Shown here: piece by piece, positions 10,784 to 19,947 of the stretch
How positions within the stretch are numbered: position 1 is the first letter of the stretch
Layout: each line of letters begins with the position of its first letter
Position numbers and translations under genes: made by a program
Assembly (NCBI GenBank): GCA_944363825.1
Contig: CALVVK010000003.1
Coordinates: 1-35,317, forward strand
Length of the DNA stretch: 35,317 nt
DNA from: an uncultured Bacilli bacterium
GTDB taxonomy: Bacteria; Bacillota_I; Bacilli_A; RF39; UBA660
Direction of reading: 5' to 3'
The notes under the pieces: model-generated
Databases searched by the model: none
Seen by the model: the letters and a program-made list of their open reading frames with translations, nothing else
What the model was told of the DNA's origin: nothing

Positions 10784-11746
10784 TTACCTCCTTAAAGTTA
10801 ATTTTAATTTATCTTTCATTAAGAATGCATTATTTTTATTTATTTCTATATTTTCTAAAAAGGAAAATACTTCTTCTTCGGAAATAACAGATTTATCATG
10901 AAAACTTTCACTTATAGCATCTTCTAGTGAAAAACCATAACCGTAATTACATCTGCCCACAATTTCATTTTGAAATTGTTCTAAATAATTATCAGGTATT
11001 TCTTCTCTTTTTAATTTTGGTTGAACTAGCATAAGTTCCCATTTTAAAGTGGCTAATTTATCTCGCAAATCATCAGTTAGTTCTTGCGGACTCCTAGAAT
11101 CATCGGCGGAAATTTCATAATTGGCTCCAATGTTGAAATAAATCTTTTGGCCATATTGTTCAACTGCTATTGGGACAATTTCAGAACCTGTCTCTTGGGC
11201 TAAACGAACTGTCCCTGTAAATAATTTCATTACTACTAAATTGGGAGTAACATTCCATGCTCCTTCGGGATAAATAAGAAGATTACCGCCTTTTTTTAAT
11301 AATTCAATAGAACGATTATAAGCGATTTTACGATCTTCACGGTCTTTTGTTTCTAAGGGAATTACACCATTCATTTTTAGTCCTTGATAAATTAATTTTT
11401 TATAAAGAATACCAGGATCTCCCAACATAAGATAAGCGGGTTTTTTAATTACTTGAAATGTTCTTTGAATATCATTTCCTCCGATATGAGTACAAGCATA
11501 TATTTTGGTTTTTTTAGTATTAGATGTATGAATATCATTTAAAACAACTATTTTTTCGCGAGATAATAATTGATCTATTTTCAAGATGAAAGATATTAAA
11601 AAATGAATTCTTTTATGTAGATTAATATGTTTTAATTCTTGGCCATTTTTATATTCATATTTTCTTAATTCAGAATAATATTTAACTAAATCCTCAATTG
11701 CCATTTTCCTTTTTTCTAATAAAGTTAGTTTTCTAAATTCTTCCAT
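10784..11746 (-). CDS. PlsC/lysophospholipid acyltransferase family protein
   Basis: HX4D (HIGGND), YPEG and IVPIA motifs. Confidence 0.8.
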   Translation of the reverse strand: MEEFRKLTLLEKRKMAIEDLVKYYSELRKYEYKNGQELKHINLHKRIHFLISFILKIDQLLSREKIVVLNDIHTSNTKKTKIYACTHIGGNDIQRTFQVIKKPAYLMLGDPGILYKKLIYQGLKMNGVIPLETKDREDRKIAYNRSIELLKKGGNLLIYPEGAWNVTPNLVVMKLFTGTVRLAQETGSEIVPIAVEQYGQKIYFNIGANYEISADDSRSPQELTDDLRDKLATLKWELMLVQPKLKREEIPDNYLEQFQNEIVGRCNYGYGFSLEDAISESFHDKSVISEEEVFSFLENIEINKNNAFLMKDKLKLTLRR

Positions 11747-13487
11747 GTCTTGCCCTTTCTAAGATAAATTTGTTTGAATTTTCTAAATAAGAATAATCTA
11801 TTTTATCAGATCCACTTATTCTTGGTAATTCAGTAACAAATTCTATATATTTAGGTTTTTCATAATCTTTTAAGATCGTCATGCGATCATCAAATACTTT
11901 AGTTGGTTGATTTAATAATTCTTTTAGATAATCAATTATATCAGGTTGATGATGATATTCTTCTTTTAAAACAATGTAGGCTTTATTAACATATAATTCA
12001 TCTTCATCGGGCATTGGCACAACTGCACAGTCTTTAACACAGTCAAATGATGCTATTACATTTTGGACATAATCACAATATACTTTATTTAAAGAAGAAT
12101 TAATATAAAATCTCGATTTTCTACCTGTTGGGGTAAAATAACCATCTTCATCAATGAATCCTAATGTACCAGTATTGTAATATTCTTGACCATTTATTTT
12201 TATCTTGACGGATTTTGTTAATTCTTCTTGTTGATAATAACCTTTAAAAACATTTTTGCCAGAGATTAGTAGTAGGCCTTCTTCATTATACTTCTTCATC
12301 TCTAAAGTATCGGGATCGACAATTAAGGCTTTGGTTCCAACTAGTAATTTGCCGGCGGTTTTCTTCTTTAATGGCACACCGACAGGAGTTGATGCAATAC
12401 TAACGGTTTCTGCATTGCCAAAACCATTTCCTAGTTCAACATTGGCCCCATGCTTAGCAAAAAAATCCATGCCTCTTTGGTAGTGAGTGGGAGTTAAGAA
12501 ATCCCCACCAGAAATAAAATGCGTAACACAAGATAAATCTAAATTATCAGCAACATTATTGATGGTTAAGTCGAGTAATGCTGGGCTGCCAAAAATTATG
12601 TTAGGTTGTTTTTTATAATAATAATTAATCGTCCCTTTACTAATATCGGGAGCAAGAATTGCCACTTTGCCCCATAATAAAGTCGTAAGGGCTGATGTAA
12701 CTAGACCATACGGATAAGAAAATGGAACACAAGTTAAAGTTTTTGGCCCAGTAATATTTGCAGTATGACTAGTATTTTTAGCATATATTTCTGCCGCCAA
12801 AATGTTTTTGTTCGTCAAGACAACTGATTTTGGCTTGCCAGTAGAACCACTAGTAAATAATATTAAAGCATCTTCATTTCCTAAATGTGGCATTTCTTTC
12901 TTAGACTTCTGATATTTAGCAATATCACCAAGGGAATTAAAATCAATTTTGTTATCATTACTTGTAACTAAATAATCATAATTAATATTTAAATTATGGA
13001 TATTTTCTTTTCTTAAAGTAATAATATGTTTTACTGTAGTCATATTTTTTATTTTTTGGTTTTCTTCATCATTCTTATTATAATTAATAAATATAGGTGC
13101 TGAAAATTCATTTAGATAATAACTTATTTCTTCTAAGGAAGATGAAGAATCTAAGAATGTCGTAATTGCACCGATACGATTACAGGCTAAAAAGACTACT
13201 AATGCTTGATAAAAATTAGGCATACAAGCAACAACAATATCTTTCTTTTTAATTCCTAATTCTTTTAATGCCAAAGAAACAGTTACGGCATAATCTAGTA
13301 ATTGTTTGTAACTAGCACGTAAACAAAGACAATCTACTGCTGTTTTATCTAAATATTTTCGACTTAGTAATTTTAATGTAGTATAAATATTAGTACTAGG
13401 TATAATAGGATGTTTTTCCAAAAATGTAGCATCTTTACTTTGAGGATTATCTAGTCCTGGATAACCTGATAAACTTTTCTTTTTCAT
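11733..13487 (-). CDS. class I adenylate-forming enzyme (acyl-CoA/acyl-AMP ligase-like)
   Basis: FTSGSTGKPKSV P-loop, GFGNAE, TGT(normally D)LG, GR and C-terminal catalytic Lys (SDKID). Confidence 0.85.
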   Translation of the reverse strand: MKKKSLSGYPGLDNPQSKDATFLEKHPIIPSTNIYTTLKLLSRKYLDKTAVDCLCLRASYKQLLDYAVTVSLALKELGIKKKDIVVACMPNFYQALVVFLACNRIGAITTFLDSSSSLEEISYYLNEFSAPIFINYNKNDEENQKIKNMTTVKHIITLRKENIHNLNINYDYLVTSNDNKIDFNSLGDIAKYQKSKKEMPHLGNEDALILFTSGSTGKPKSVVLTNKNILAAEIYAKNTSHTANITGPKTLTCVPFSYPYGLVTSALTTLLWGKVAILAPDISKGTINYYYKKQPNIIFGSPALLDLTINNVADNLDLSCVTHFISGGDFLTPTHYQRGMDFFAKHGANVELGNGFGNAETVSIASTPVGVPLKKKTAGKLLVGTKALIVDPDTLEMKKYNEEGLLLISGKNVFKGYYQQEELTKSVKIKINGQEYYNTGTLGFIDEDGYFTPTGRKSRFYINSSLNKVYCDYVQNVIASFDCVKDCAVVPMPDEDELYVNKAYIVLKEEYHHQPDIIDYLKELLNQPTKVFDDRMTILKDYEKPKYIEFVTELPRISGSDKIDYSYLENSNKFILERARHGRI

Positions 13488-13512
13488 GTATTAACTCCTT
13501 AAACTTAATATA

Positions 13513-13541
13513 ATTGTACTAGAATTCGGATTAAAAGTCTA
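13513..13541 (-). promoter_or_regulatory. putative sigmaA promoter of the ligase-acyltransferase-kinase operon
   Basis: TAGACT, 17-nt spacer, TACAAT upstream of SD AAGGAG. Confidence 0.5.
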
Positions 13542-13549
13542 TACGAAAT

Positions 13550-13591
13550 AAAAAAGCGAATTAAATATTTAAAGAATAAATTAATTCACCT
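13550..13591 (-). terminator. intrinsic terminator after tyrS
   Basis: GGTGAATTAA...TTAATTCGCT followed by a T-run on the minus strand. Confidence 0.6.
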
Positions 13592-13634
13592 ATTATAATT
13601 AGTCAGGATACCAAAAACAAAGAAATACATCAAT

Positions 13635-14831
13635 TTATATCAAAATAATTTTCTTAAAACTTTTTTTCCCTTTTTGAATTACGATTTCATTGTCGACAAA
13701 ATCAGCAATGGTTATCATTTTAGATGGATTAGTTTCTTTACTACCATTGATACTAATACCATTTTGTTCTATCATTCTTTTTCCTTCGGATTTTGATGGA
13801 ACGATACCTGCTTTAACTAATAAATCCGTTAATAAGATGCCAGTTTCAATAGAACTCTTATCTAATTTATATACATCAATATTTTCTGGGATTCCTCCCT
13901 TAGCAACAGTTGCATATCTTTCCTCAGCATATTTAATAAATTCTTCACCATGATACATTTTAATAATTTCTCTAGCATAGATTTTATGGGCTTCAACTAT
14001 ATCCTTTTTCATTTCAATTTTTACTTTATCTAAATCCATATCAGTTGTTAATCTAAAATAATCAAACAATACTTCATCAGGTATTCTCATGGATTTTTCA
14101 AACATTATTTCAGGTGATTCATCTATACCAATATAATTACCTAATGATTTACTCATTTTTTCTTTACCATCTATACCTACTAATAAAGGAAAACACATTA
14201 CATCTTGAGGCTCTTGACCATAATCTTTTTGTAATTCTCTTCCCACTAATAAATTAAATGTTTGATCGGTTCCACCAATTTCAATATCAGCATGTAAAGC
14301 AACACTATCATAACCTTGCATTAAAGGATATAAAAATTCATGTATTCCAATAGGAATATTATTTTTAAATCTTGTACTAAAATCGTCTCTTTCAAGAATT
14401 CTGGCCACTGTATATTTTCCACATAATTTAACCACATCTTCAAATGTCATCTTGCCTAACCATTCAGAATTATAAACAATTCTTATTTTTGATGGGTCTA
14501 ATATTTTAGAAACTTGTTTAAAATAAGTTTCACCATTCTTTTTAGTTTCTTCAAAAGATAATGCCGGTCTTGTTTTAGATCTTCCTGATGGGTCCCCTAT
14601 CATAGCAGTAAAATCTCCAATAACAAAGACTATTTCATGACCTAATTCTTGTAATATTTTTAAAGCCCTTAAAGGGACAGTATGTCCTAAATGCAAATCA
14701 GGTCTTGAGGGATCCGCTCCTAATTTTACTACCAACTTTCTACCACTGTTTAATTTTTCTAATAAAGTATCTTTATTATAAACCTCAACAGTTCTCCTCA
14801 AAACCAAATCAATTTTTTCTTTCTTATTCAT
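13635..14831 (-). CDS. tyrS: tyrosine--tRNA ligase
   Basis: GADPSRPDLHLGH, YPLMQGYD, GGTDQ, KMSKS and C-terminal S4-like domain. Confidence 0.97.
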   Translation of the reverse strand: MNKKEKIDLVLRRTVEVYNKDTLLEKLNSGRKLVVKLGADPSRPDLHLGHTVPLRALKILQELGHEIVFVIGDFTAMIGDPSGRSKTRPALSFEETKKNGETYFKQVSKILDPSKIRIVYNSEWLGKMTFEDVVKLCGKYTVARILERDDFSTRFKNNIPIGIHEFLYPLMQGYDSVALHADIEIGGTDQTFNLLVGRELQKDYGQEPQDVMCFPLLVGIDGKEKMSKSLGNYIGIDESPEIMFEKSMRIPDEVLFDYFRLTTDMDLDKVKIEMKKDIVEAHKIYAREIIKMYHGEEFIKYAEERYATVAKGGIPENIDVYKLDKSSIETGILLTDLLVKAGIVPSKSEGKRMIEQNGISINGSKETNPSKMITIADFVDNEIVIQKGKKSFKKIILI

Positions 14832-14849
14832 TAAAATTCTCTCCTCCTT

Positions 14850-15065
14850 TAAAATAAAAACCGCAGTTAATTCTTCCTATAAGGACGAATTAATCCGCGG
14901 TACCACCTTATTTTATGAATAAAAATTCATACACTTTATTTGGCTATAAAGTAACCACCTATAAACTCCTAATGGGTAATTCAATTATATTACATGTTTA
15001 TTTTCACTAACCATAAACTCTCTATAATATACATAATATAATCTACTAAACATTAATCAACGTTA
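14850..15065 (-). promoter_or_regulatory. T-box riboswitch (Tyr, transcriptional)
   Basis: Minus strand AGAGA / GGTTAGTGAAA stem I motifs; specifier TAC (14978-14976); T-box AAGGTGGTACCGCG (14909-14896); antiterminator CGTCCTT; terminator ending CTGCGGTTTTT. Confidence 0.92.
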
Positions 15066-15108
15066 TTTTTATATTAGTTTACAATATTTATTAAAATCTA
15101 GTCGTATA

Positions 15109-16317
15109 CTATCTTTCTAATAACCAATCAATAATATTTTTATGAATAATACCATATTGGGACATATCAAATGTATCAGTTGAAATTACATACTTAGGAT
15201 AATTGTCTTGAATATTTTTATATACACCAAATTCTCTTTCAATAACATTATCATCTGCTAAAATATAAGCAACTTGTAAATAAATTTTTTCATTGTATCT
15301 TGTTGCAATAAAATCAATTTCTCCATTTTCAAGATTGCCCACCTTAACATCATAATCCCGAGCAATTAATTCATTGTATACAATATTTTCTAAATATGCT
15401 CCCATTTGTTTTTTTCTTTCTTTATTAACGACTTGTCCCAAACCTAAATCAGTTAAATAGTATTTATATTTACCATTTAAAATTCTTTTTCCCCGTACGT
15501 CATACCTATCGGCTTTATTAATTAATAATGCTTTACACATATACTCTAAATAATTATATATTGTTATTTTCGATACATCGATATTATCTTTTAACAAATA
15601 ATTTGAAAGATTCTCAGCAGAAAATGTTTGAGAAGGTGTAGTTACAATATATTCAATAATTCTATTAAATAAATCTAAGTCCTTTATTTTAAATCTATCA
15701 ACAATATCTTTAATTACAATAGAATTAAAAACATCTGATAAATAGGTTCTTATTTGATATTCATCACTCAACATGAATCTTTGAGGCATACCTCCCCAAA
15801 TCATATATTCATTAAAATAATCTTGCAATTCAAATTTATTTTTATCAAGAATATTATTTAATTCACACACTTCTTTAAAAGTAAATGGATAAATTTTAAA
15901 ACTTACATATCGTCCTGCTATCTGAGTTGCAAGTTCTCCTGATAATAAATCACTATTAGAACCTGTTATAAAAATGGAAACTTTATCACCATGTATTGCC
16001 TTAAATGAATTAACGGCCAATTCCCATTTATCGACTTTTTGTATTTCATCAAAAAGTAAATAGTACTTTTTATCATTAACAATTTTATTTTCTATATATT
16101 CATTAAATGCTAAATGATTACATAAATTATAATAATCTTCAAATTCAAAATTTAAATATATAATTTGTTTCTCTTCTACCCCATTATTTTTTAACTCGTC
16201 TATTATTTGCTTTAATATTACTGATTTTCCACATCTTCTTATGCCTGTTATTACTTTAATTAAATCTTGATCATAAAATGGTCTTATTTTTGATAAGTAT
16301 TTTTCACGAATAATCAT
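15109..16317 (-). CDS. AAA+ ATPase (AAA_14-like) with a DUF4143-like C-terminal domain
   Basis: Walker A GIRRCGKS, Walker B FDEIQ, TGSN, GGMP, LENIVYNEL and EIDFIA. Confidence 0.88.
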   Translation of the reverse strand: MIIREKYLSKIRPFYDQDLIKVITGIRRCGKSVILKQIIDELKNNGVEEKQIIYLNFEFEDYYNLCNHLAFNEYIENKIVNDKKYYLLFDEIQKVDKWELAVNSFKAIHGDKVSIFITGSNSDLLSGELATQIAGRYVSFKIYPFTFKEVCELNNILDKNKFELQDYFNEYMIWGGMPQRFMLSDEYQIRTYLSDVFNSIVIKDIVDRFKIKDLDLFNRIIEYIVTTPSQTFSAENLSNYLLKDNIDVSKITIYNYLEYMCKALLINKADRYDVRGKRILNGKYKYYLTDLGLGQVVNKERKKQMGAYLENIVYNELIARDYDVKVGNLENGEIDFIATRYNEKIYLQVAYILADDNVIEREFGVYKNIQDNYPKYVISTDTFDMSQYGIIHKNIIDWLLER

Positions 16318-16341
16318 AATACCCCTTCTTTCTATATAAGA

Positions 16342-16370
16342 ATTATATTACATATTAACTCTTTTGTCAA
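16342..16370 (-). promoter_or_regulatory. perfect consensus sigmaA promoter
   Basis: TTGACA (16370-16365), 17-nt spacer, TATAAT (16347-16342). Confidence 0.8.
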
Positions 16371-16426
16371 TTTTGTTTAGTCTACTAAACAAAATTATCT
16401 TTTTTGGTATTTTTGTTTAGTAGGCT
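16369..16426. repeat. three alternating copies of TTTTGTTTAG forming two overlapping inverted repeats
   Basis: AATTTTGTTTAG-tcta-CTAAACAAAATT (16369-16396); 16379-16394 versus 16411-16426 is complementary at 15 of 16 positions. Confidence 0.85.
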
Positions 16427-16430
16427 TAAT

Positions 16431-17543
16431 TTATTTACACTCAATAGCAATTACAGGCACCAACATCTCACTTTCAGTTATACCACTGTGATCAGCAACA
16501 TGAGTCTTATTTTTAGTACCATCGATACTATATCTTATATTAATATTACCAGTACCAATAAAGATGAAATCACCAAAATAATCTTTAATTCTTGCGTGCG
16601 GCTTACCTAAACCTAATAAATTACTATTTAAAAACTCATCCTTGGTATATAATAAATATTGATTTTTAAAATATTTATCTAATAATTCAACAAATTTTTC
16701 TTGCATACCATCTTTAATAAAGAAGGTTACAAATCGGGATTCAATGGCTGGGGGTAATTTTAGACAATTATCTATTTCTGGTATTTCATTTAAATAAACT
16801 TCTTCGACATCTACTGCACCATGATCAGCCGAAATAATAATTAATGTGTCTTTTAATTCATAAACTAGTTTTTCTAAATTATTTTCAATATCTTTTAATA
16901 CTTCTTTTACTTCTTGACCAGTTATTTTATGGCGATGAATGGTATGATCTGGTTCATCCCAATAAGCCGATATTAAATTGCAATGATTATTATTACACGC
17001 ATTTTTTATATTATTGCACAACTCCCAAAAAGTATTAGCACCACCGGGAGTGAAACTAGGAAATATTTTATGAAATGCTATATCTTTATTTTTTTCAAGT
17101 ATTTTTTCATATATTGTAACATATTTTAATTTTCCTTTATCCATTGGTAATTCTTTTTGTTCTTGCGTATAAAAATCTTTACCTGTGAATAATTCAATCA
17201 TACCATTATCTTCTTTAAAATATGGCATCCAACCAATCCATCCATTTTCATATGGTGATGTTCCAGCGTGAAATGCCACTGTTGCAGCAGCAGTTGTGGG
17301 AGGAAAAACGGAAGTAACTGAAGTAAGTAAATTTTTTCGCAGAATGGAATTTTCATCTAAATTATTCTCTAAAATATTCATACCTAAACAATCAAGTATT
17401 AAAAATACTACGTTCTTATATTTTTTATTTAATACTTCATCTAATTCTTGTAAACTTTTATAATTAGATGAAATACCATAATATTTCATAATTGATGAAG
17501 ATATTGATAATATACTTCTATTATAATCTGGTTTTACTATCAT
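16431..17543 (-). CDS. alkaline phosphatase superfamily / nucleotide pyrophosphatase-phosphodiesterase
   Basis: LILDCLG, SVFPPTT, DEPDHTIH, SADHG and HSG...EMLVP motifs. Confidence 0.88.
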   Translation of the reverse strand: MIVKPDYNRSILSISSSIMKYYGISSNYKSLQELDEVLNKKYKNVVFLILDCLGMNILENNLDENSILRKNLLTSVTSVFPPTTAAATVAFHAGTSPYENGWIGWMPYFKEDNGMIELFTGKDFYTQEQKELPMDKGKLKYVTIYEKILEKNKDIAFHKIFPSFTPGGANTFWELCNNIKNACNNNHCNLISAYWDEPDHTIHRHKITGQEVKEVLKDIENNLEKLVYELKDTLIIISADHGAVDVEEVYLNEIPEIDNCLKLPPAIESRFVTFFIKDGMQEKFVELLDKYFKNQYLLYTKDEFLNSNLLGLGKPHARIKDYFGDFIFIGTGNINIRYSIDGTKNKTHVADHSGITESEMLVPVIAIECK

Positions 17544-17603
17544 GAGTTATCCCTCCCTTAATTATATATTTTTATTCTTTCATAGGTTTATCTATATAAA
17601 TTA

Positions 17604-17999
17604 TTATATATTTGATAATTTATCTTTTATAAATTCATCTAGATAACTAGAATCTTTTGTAACCCACTTATAATCACAATGTTCATCACTTAAAATAACA
17701 TTAATTTTAGAACTATCAACATTTATGATAAAATCAATTTCTAATTCATGTATTAATTCACCGTTTCTTTCTTTAATCTCATCATAATAATGGGTGATTA
17801 TAGGTTCAAATTCATCTACAAATCCTATTTCTTCTTTAAGTTCTCTTTTCAAACCATCTTTTAAAGTTTCAGAATCTTCTAAATGGCCACCTGGAAATTC
17901 CCATGCACCTGGGTACAAATCATCATTTTCATTTCTTTTTACTATTAAAAATAAATTATTATCCCTTAAAATACCTGTAAGAACAATTTTTATTTTCAT
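17604..17999 (-). CDS. NUDIX hydrolase (MutT-like)
   Basis: WEFPGGHLEDSETLKDGLKRELKEEIG and LSDEH..YKW; SD GGAGG. Confidence 0.9.
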   Translation of the reverse strand: MKIKIVLTGILRDNNLFLIVKRNENDDLYPGAWEFPGGHLEDSETLKDGLKRELKEEIGFVDEFEPIITHYYDEIKERNGELIHELEIDFIINVDSSKINVILSDEHCDYKWVTKDSSYLDEFIKDKLSNI

Positions 18000-18016
18000 A
18001 TTGTAACCTCCATTAA

Positions 18017-18343
18017 TTAAGCAATCAAAGTTCCATTAGCAGTGGGCTTATCTAGACTTAACAATATAACGCCACGTTCAGCAAGGGAACCTAAGACTAA
18101 AACTTCACTTTTTACTTCGGATATTTTAATTGGTTCAAAATTCATAACCGCTACTATTTGTTTGCCAATTAAGTCTTCGGGTTGATAAAGTTCAGTTATT
18201 TGCGCGGAAGAATTTTTGATACCAAATTCTCCAAAATCAATTTTCAATTTATATGCGGGTTTTCTAGCACCTTTATTAATTGATGCTTCAATAATAGTTC
18301 CAACGCGCATTTCAATCTTTTTAAAATCAGCAACTGTAATCAT
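18017..18343 (-). CDS. csaA: CsaA / tRNA-binding OB-fold protein
   Basis: RVGTI, KPAYKLKIDFG, SSAQIT and SEVLVLG. Confidence 0.85.
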   Translation of the reverse strand: MITVADFKKIEMRVGTIIEASINKGARKPAYKLKIDFGEFGIKNSSAQITELYQPEDLIGKQIVAVMNFEPIKISEVKSEVLVLGSLAERGVILLSLDKPTANGTLIA

Positions 18344-18352
18344 AAATTCCCC

Positions 18353-18715
18353 TTAAAATAAAGCCATGATCTTCGGTAGGAAAATTATTAACCCAACAAT
18401 TGCAGAGCCAATAGCAAATACGAGTACGCCCCCAGCAGAAACATCTTTGGCTAGTTTTGCCCGCGGATCTTTTTTCGGCATAGCAATGTCAACAACTTGT
18501 TCAATTGCGGTATTAAACATTTCGCCCCCAATGACAAGAGCAAACCAGCCAATACAAATGAGCCATTCCCCTAGACTTATTTTTAAAAATATTCCTAATA
18601 TAATAACTAAAAACATAATTGAAAAATGAATTTTCATATTGCGTTCAGTAATAAAGGCCGACAGGATACCTTTAAAAGCATATTTAAAACTATTTATTAA
18701 CTTCTTATTTTTCAT
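18353..18715 (-). CDS. dgkA: diacylglycerol/undecaprenol kinase family protein
   Basis: SFKYAFKG, ERNMKIH, EMFNTAIE and AKDVSAG; start revised to 18715 (SD AAGGAG). Confidence 0.9.
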   Translation of the reverse strand: MKNKKLINSFKYAFKGILSAFITERNMKIHFSIMFLVIILGIFLKISLGEWLICIGWFALVIGGEMFNTAIEQVVDIAMPKKDPRAKLAKDVSAGGVLVFAIGSAIVGLIIFLPKIMALF

Positions 18716-18751
18716 GGTTACTCCTTTAATCCATTTTAACATTTATTAGAT

Positions 18752-18779
18752 AAAAAGAAAACAGTGTTTTTCACACTAT
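18752..18779 (-). terminator. short terminator after ddl
   Basis: AGTGT-gaaaa-ACACT followed by a T-rich tract on the minus strand. Confidence 0.45.
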
Positions 18780-19933
18780 TTCTTAGCACCTTTGGTACCA
18801 TTAAAGTTTTCTAAGATATTAGAACTAAATGATTTTATTTTCTTTTTTCTTTGTTTATATTCATTCATACTTAAATCAATTATTTCATTTAATAAATCTT
18901 TATATTCTAAACCATCAAATTTCCATAAATAGAAGGCTAAACTACCCGGGATAGTATTTGGTTCATTACAATAATATACATTATTCTTACTATCGATTAG
19001 AAAATCGATACGTACTACTCCACCAAGATTAAGTAATTTAAATACTTCTAATGCTGTATTTTTAATATCTTTAGTCATTTTAGCACTAATGCGAGCAGGT
19101 ATAACACGAGATGTTGCTTCCATACCTTTCGCTTTGGAACCACTTAAATATTTATCTTGAAAACTTAATATTTCATCAAGCCCCATTACTTCTTCAAGAC
19201 TACTAACGCGACTTTGTTCATAATTACCCATAACACTAGCATTAACTTCGATTAAATCAACAACGGCTTTTTCAACTACTATTTTAACATCGTATTGGAT
19301 GGCATCTTCAATCGCATCAGCAATTTCTTTTGCACTTTTAACAAAAGTGATACCAACACTACTGCCAAGAGTTGCTGGTTTAACCACAACCGGGTAACCA
19401 AGATTCTTGATATCCTTTAAGATTTTACTTTTATTATTTAAGTATTCATAATCATAGAACCAAGTAAATGGAACAATCGGAATATTTTTAGAAGCCATTA
19501 AATATTTCATGATGACTTTATCTTGAGCAATACTACTACCGAGAACTCGAGAACCAACATAAGGAATTCCAATAGTATCTAAGTAACCGATTAAAGAACC
19601 ATCTTCCACATTGTTGCCATGAACCACCGGCAGGATGATGTCGATTGTAGTTAAATCATGATTAAGTAAATTATCGACACTTCTTAAATAAAATTCTTTA
19701 TTTTTCTTATAAAGAACAACTTGTTTTAAGACCTTTTTGTTTTTAGTAAAATCCCGATAAAATTTAATATCCTTTAATTGATCCCCGGTATACCAAATAC
19801 GATCCTTGGAAATATAAATTGGAATAACTTCATATTTACTCTTATCAATATTACTGATGGCTTGAAGACCTGAAATAATACTTACTTCATGTTCAACAGT
19901 TTCACCGCCGAAGATAACACCTAATTTTAACAT
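18776..19933 (-). CDS. ddl: D-alanine--D-alanine ligase family protein
   Basis: FGGETVEHEVS, HGNNVEDG, VKPATLGSSVG, DKY, RIDF and EPNTIPG. Confidence 0.9.
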   Translation of the reverse strand: MLKLGVIFGGETVEHEVSIISGLQAISNIDKSKYEVIPIYISKDRIWYTGDQLKDIKFYRDFTKNKKVLKQVVLYKKNKEFYLRSVDNLLNHDLTTIDIILPVVHGNNVEDGSLIGYLDTIGIPYVGSRVLGSSIAQDKVIMKYLMASKNIPIVPFTWFYDYEYLNNKSKILKDIKNLGYPVVVKPATLGSSVGITFVKSAKEIADAIEDAIQYDVKIVVEKAVVDLIEVNASVMGNYEQSRVSSLEEVMGLDEILSFQDKYLSGSKAKGMEATSRVIPARISAKMTKDIKNTALEVFKLLNLGGVVRIDFLIDSKNNVYYCNEPNTIPGSLAFYLWKFDGLEYKDLLNEIIDLSMNEYKQRKKKIKSFSSNILENFNGTKGAKK

Positions 19934-19947
19934 AATAATATCCTCCT

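Noticed and set aside
16369-16426. CRISPR or IS terminal repeat interpretation
   Set aside because: Copies are short and alternate in orientation, with no spacer periodicity and no cas or transposase genes
6998-17905. ~26-nt near-identical stretch in two NUDIX genes (TCTAAATGGCCACCWGGAAATT)
   Set aside because: Explained by the shared FPGGHLE protein motif, not a mobile repeat
18776-19933. Vancomycin-resistance-type D-Ala-D-Lac ligase
   Set aside because: The omega-loop region retains KY (FQDKY), and no vanH/vanX or vanRS genes are adjacent
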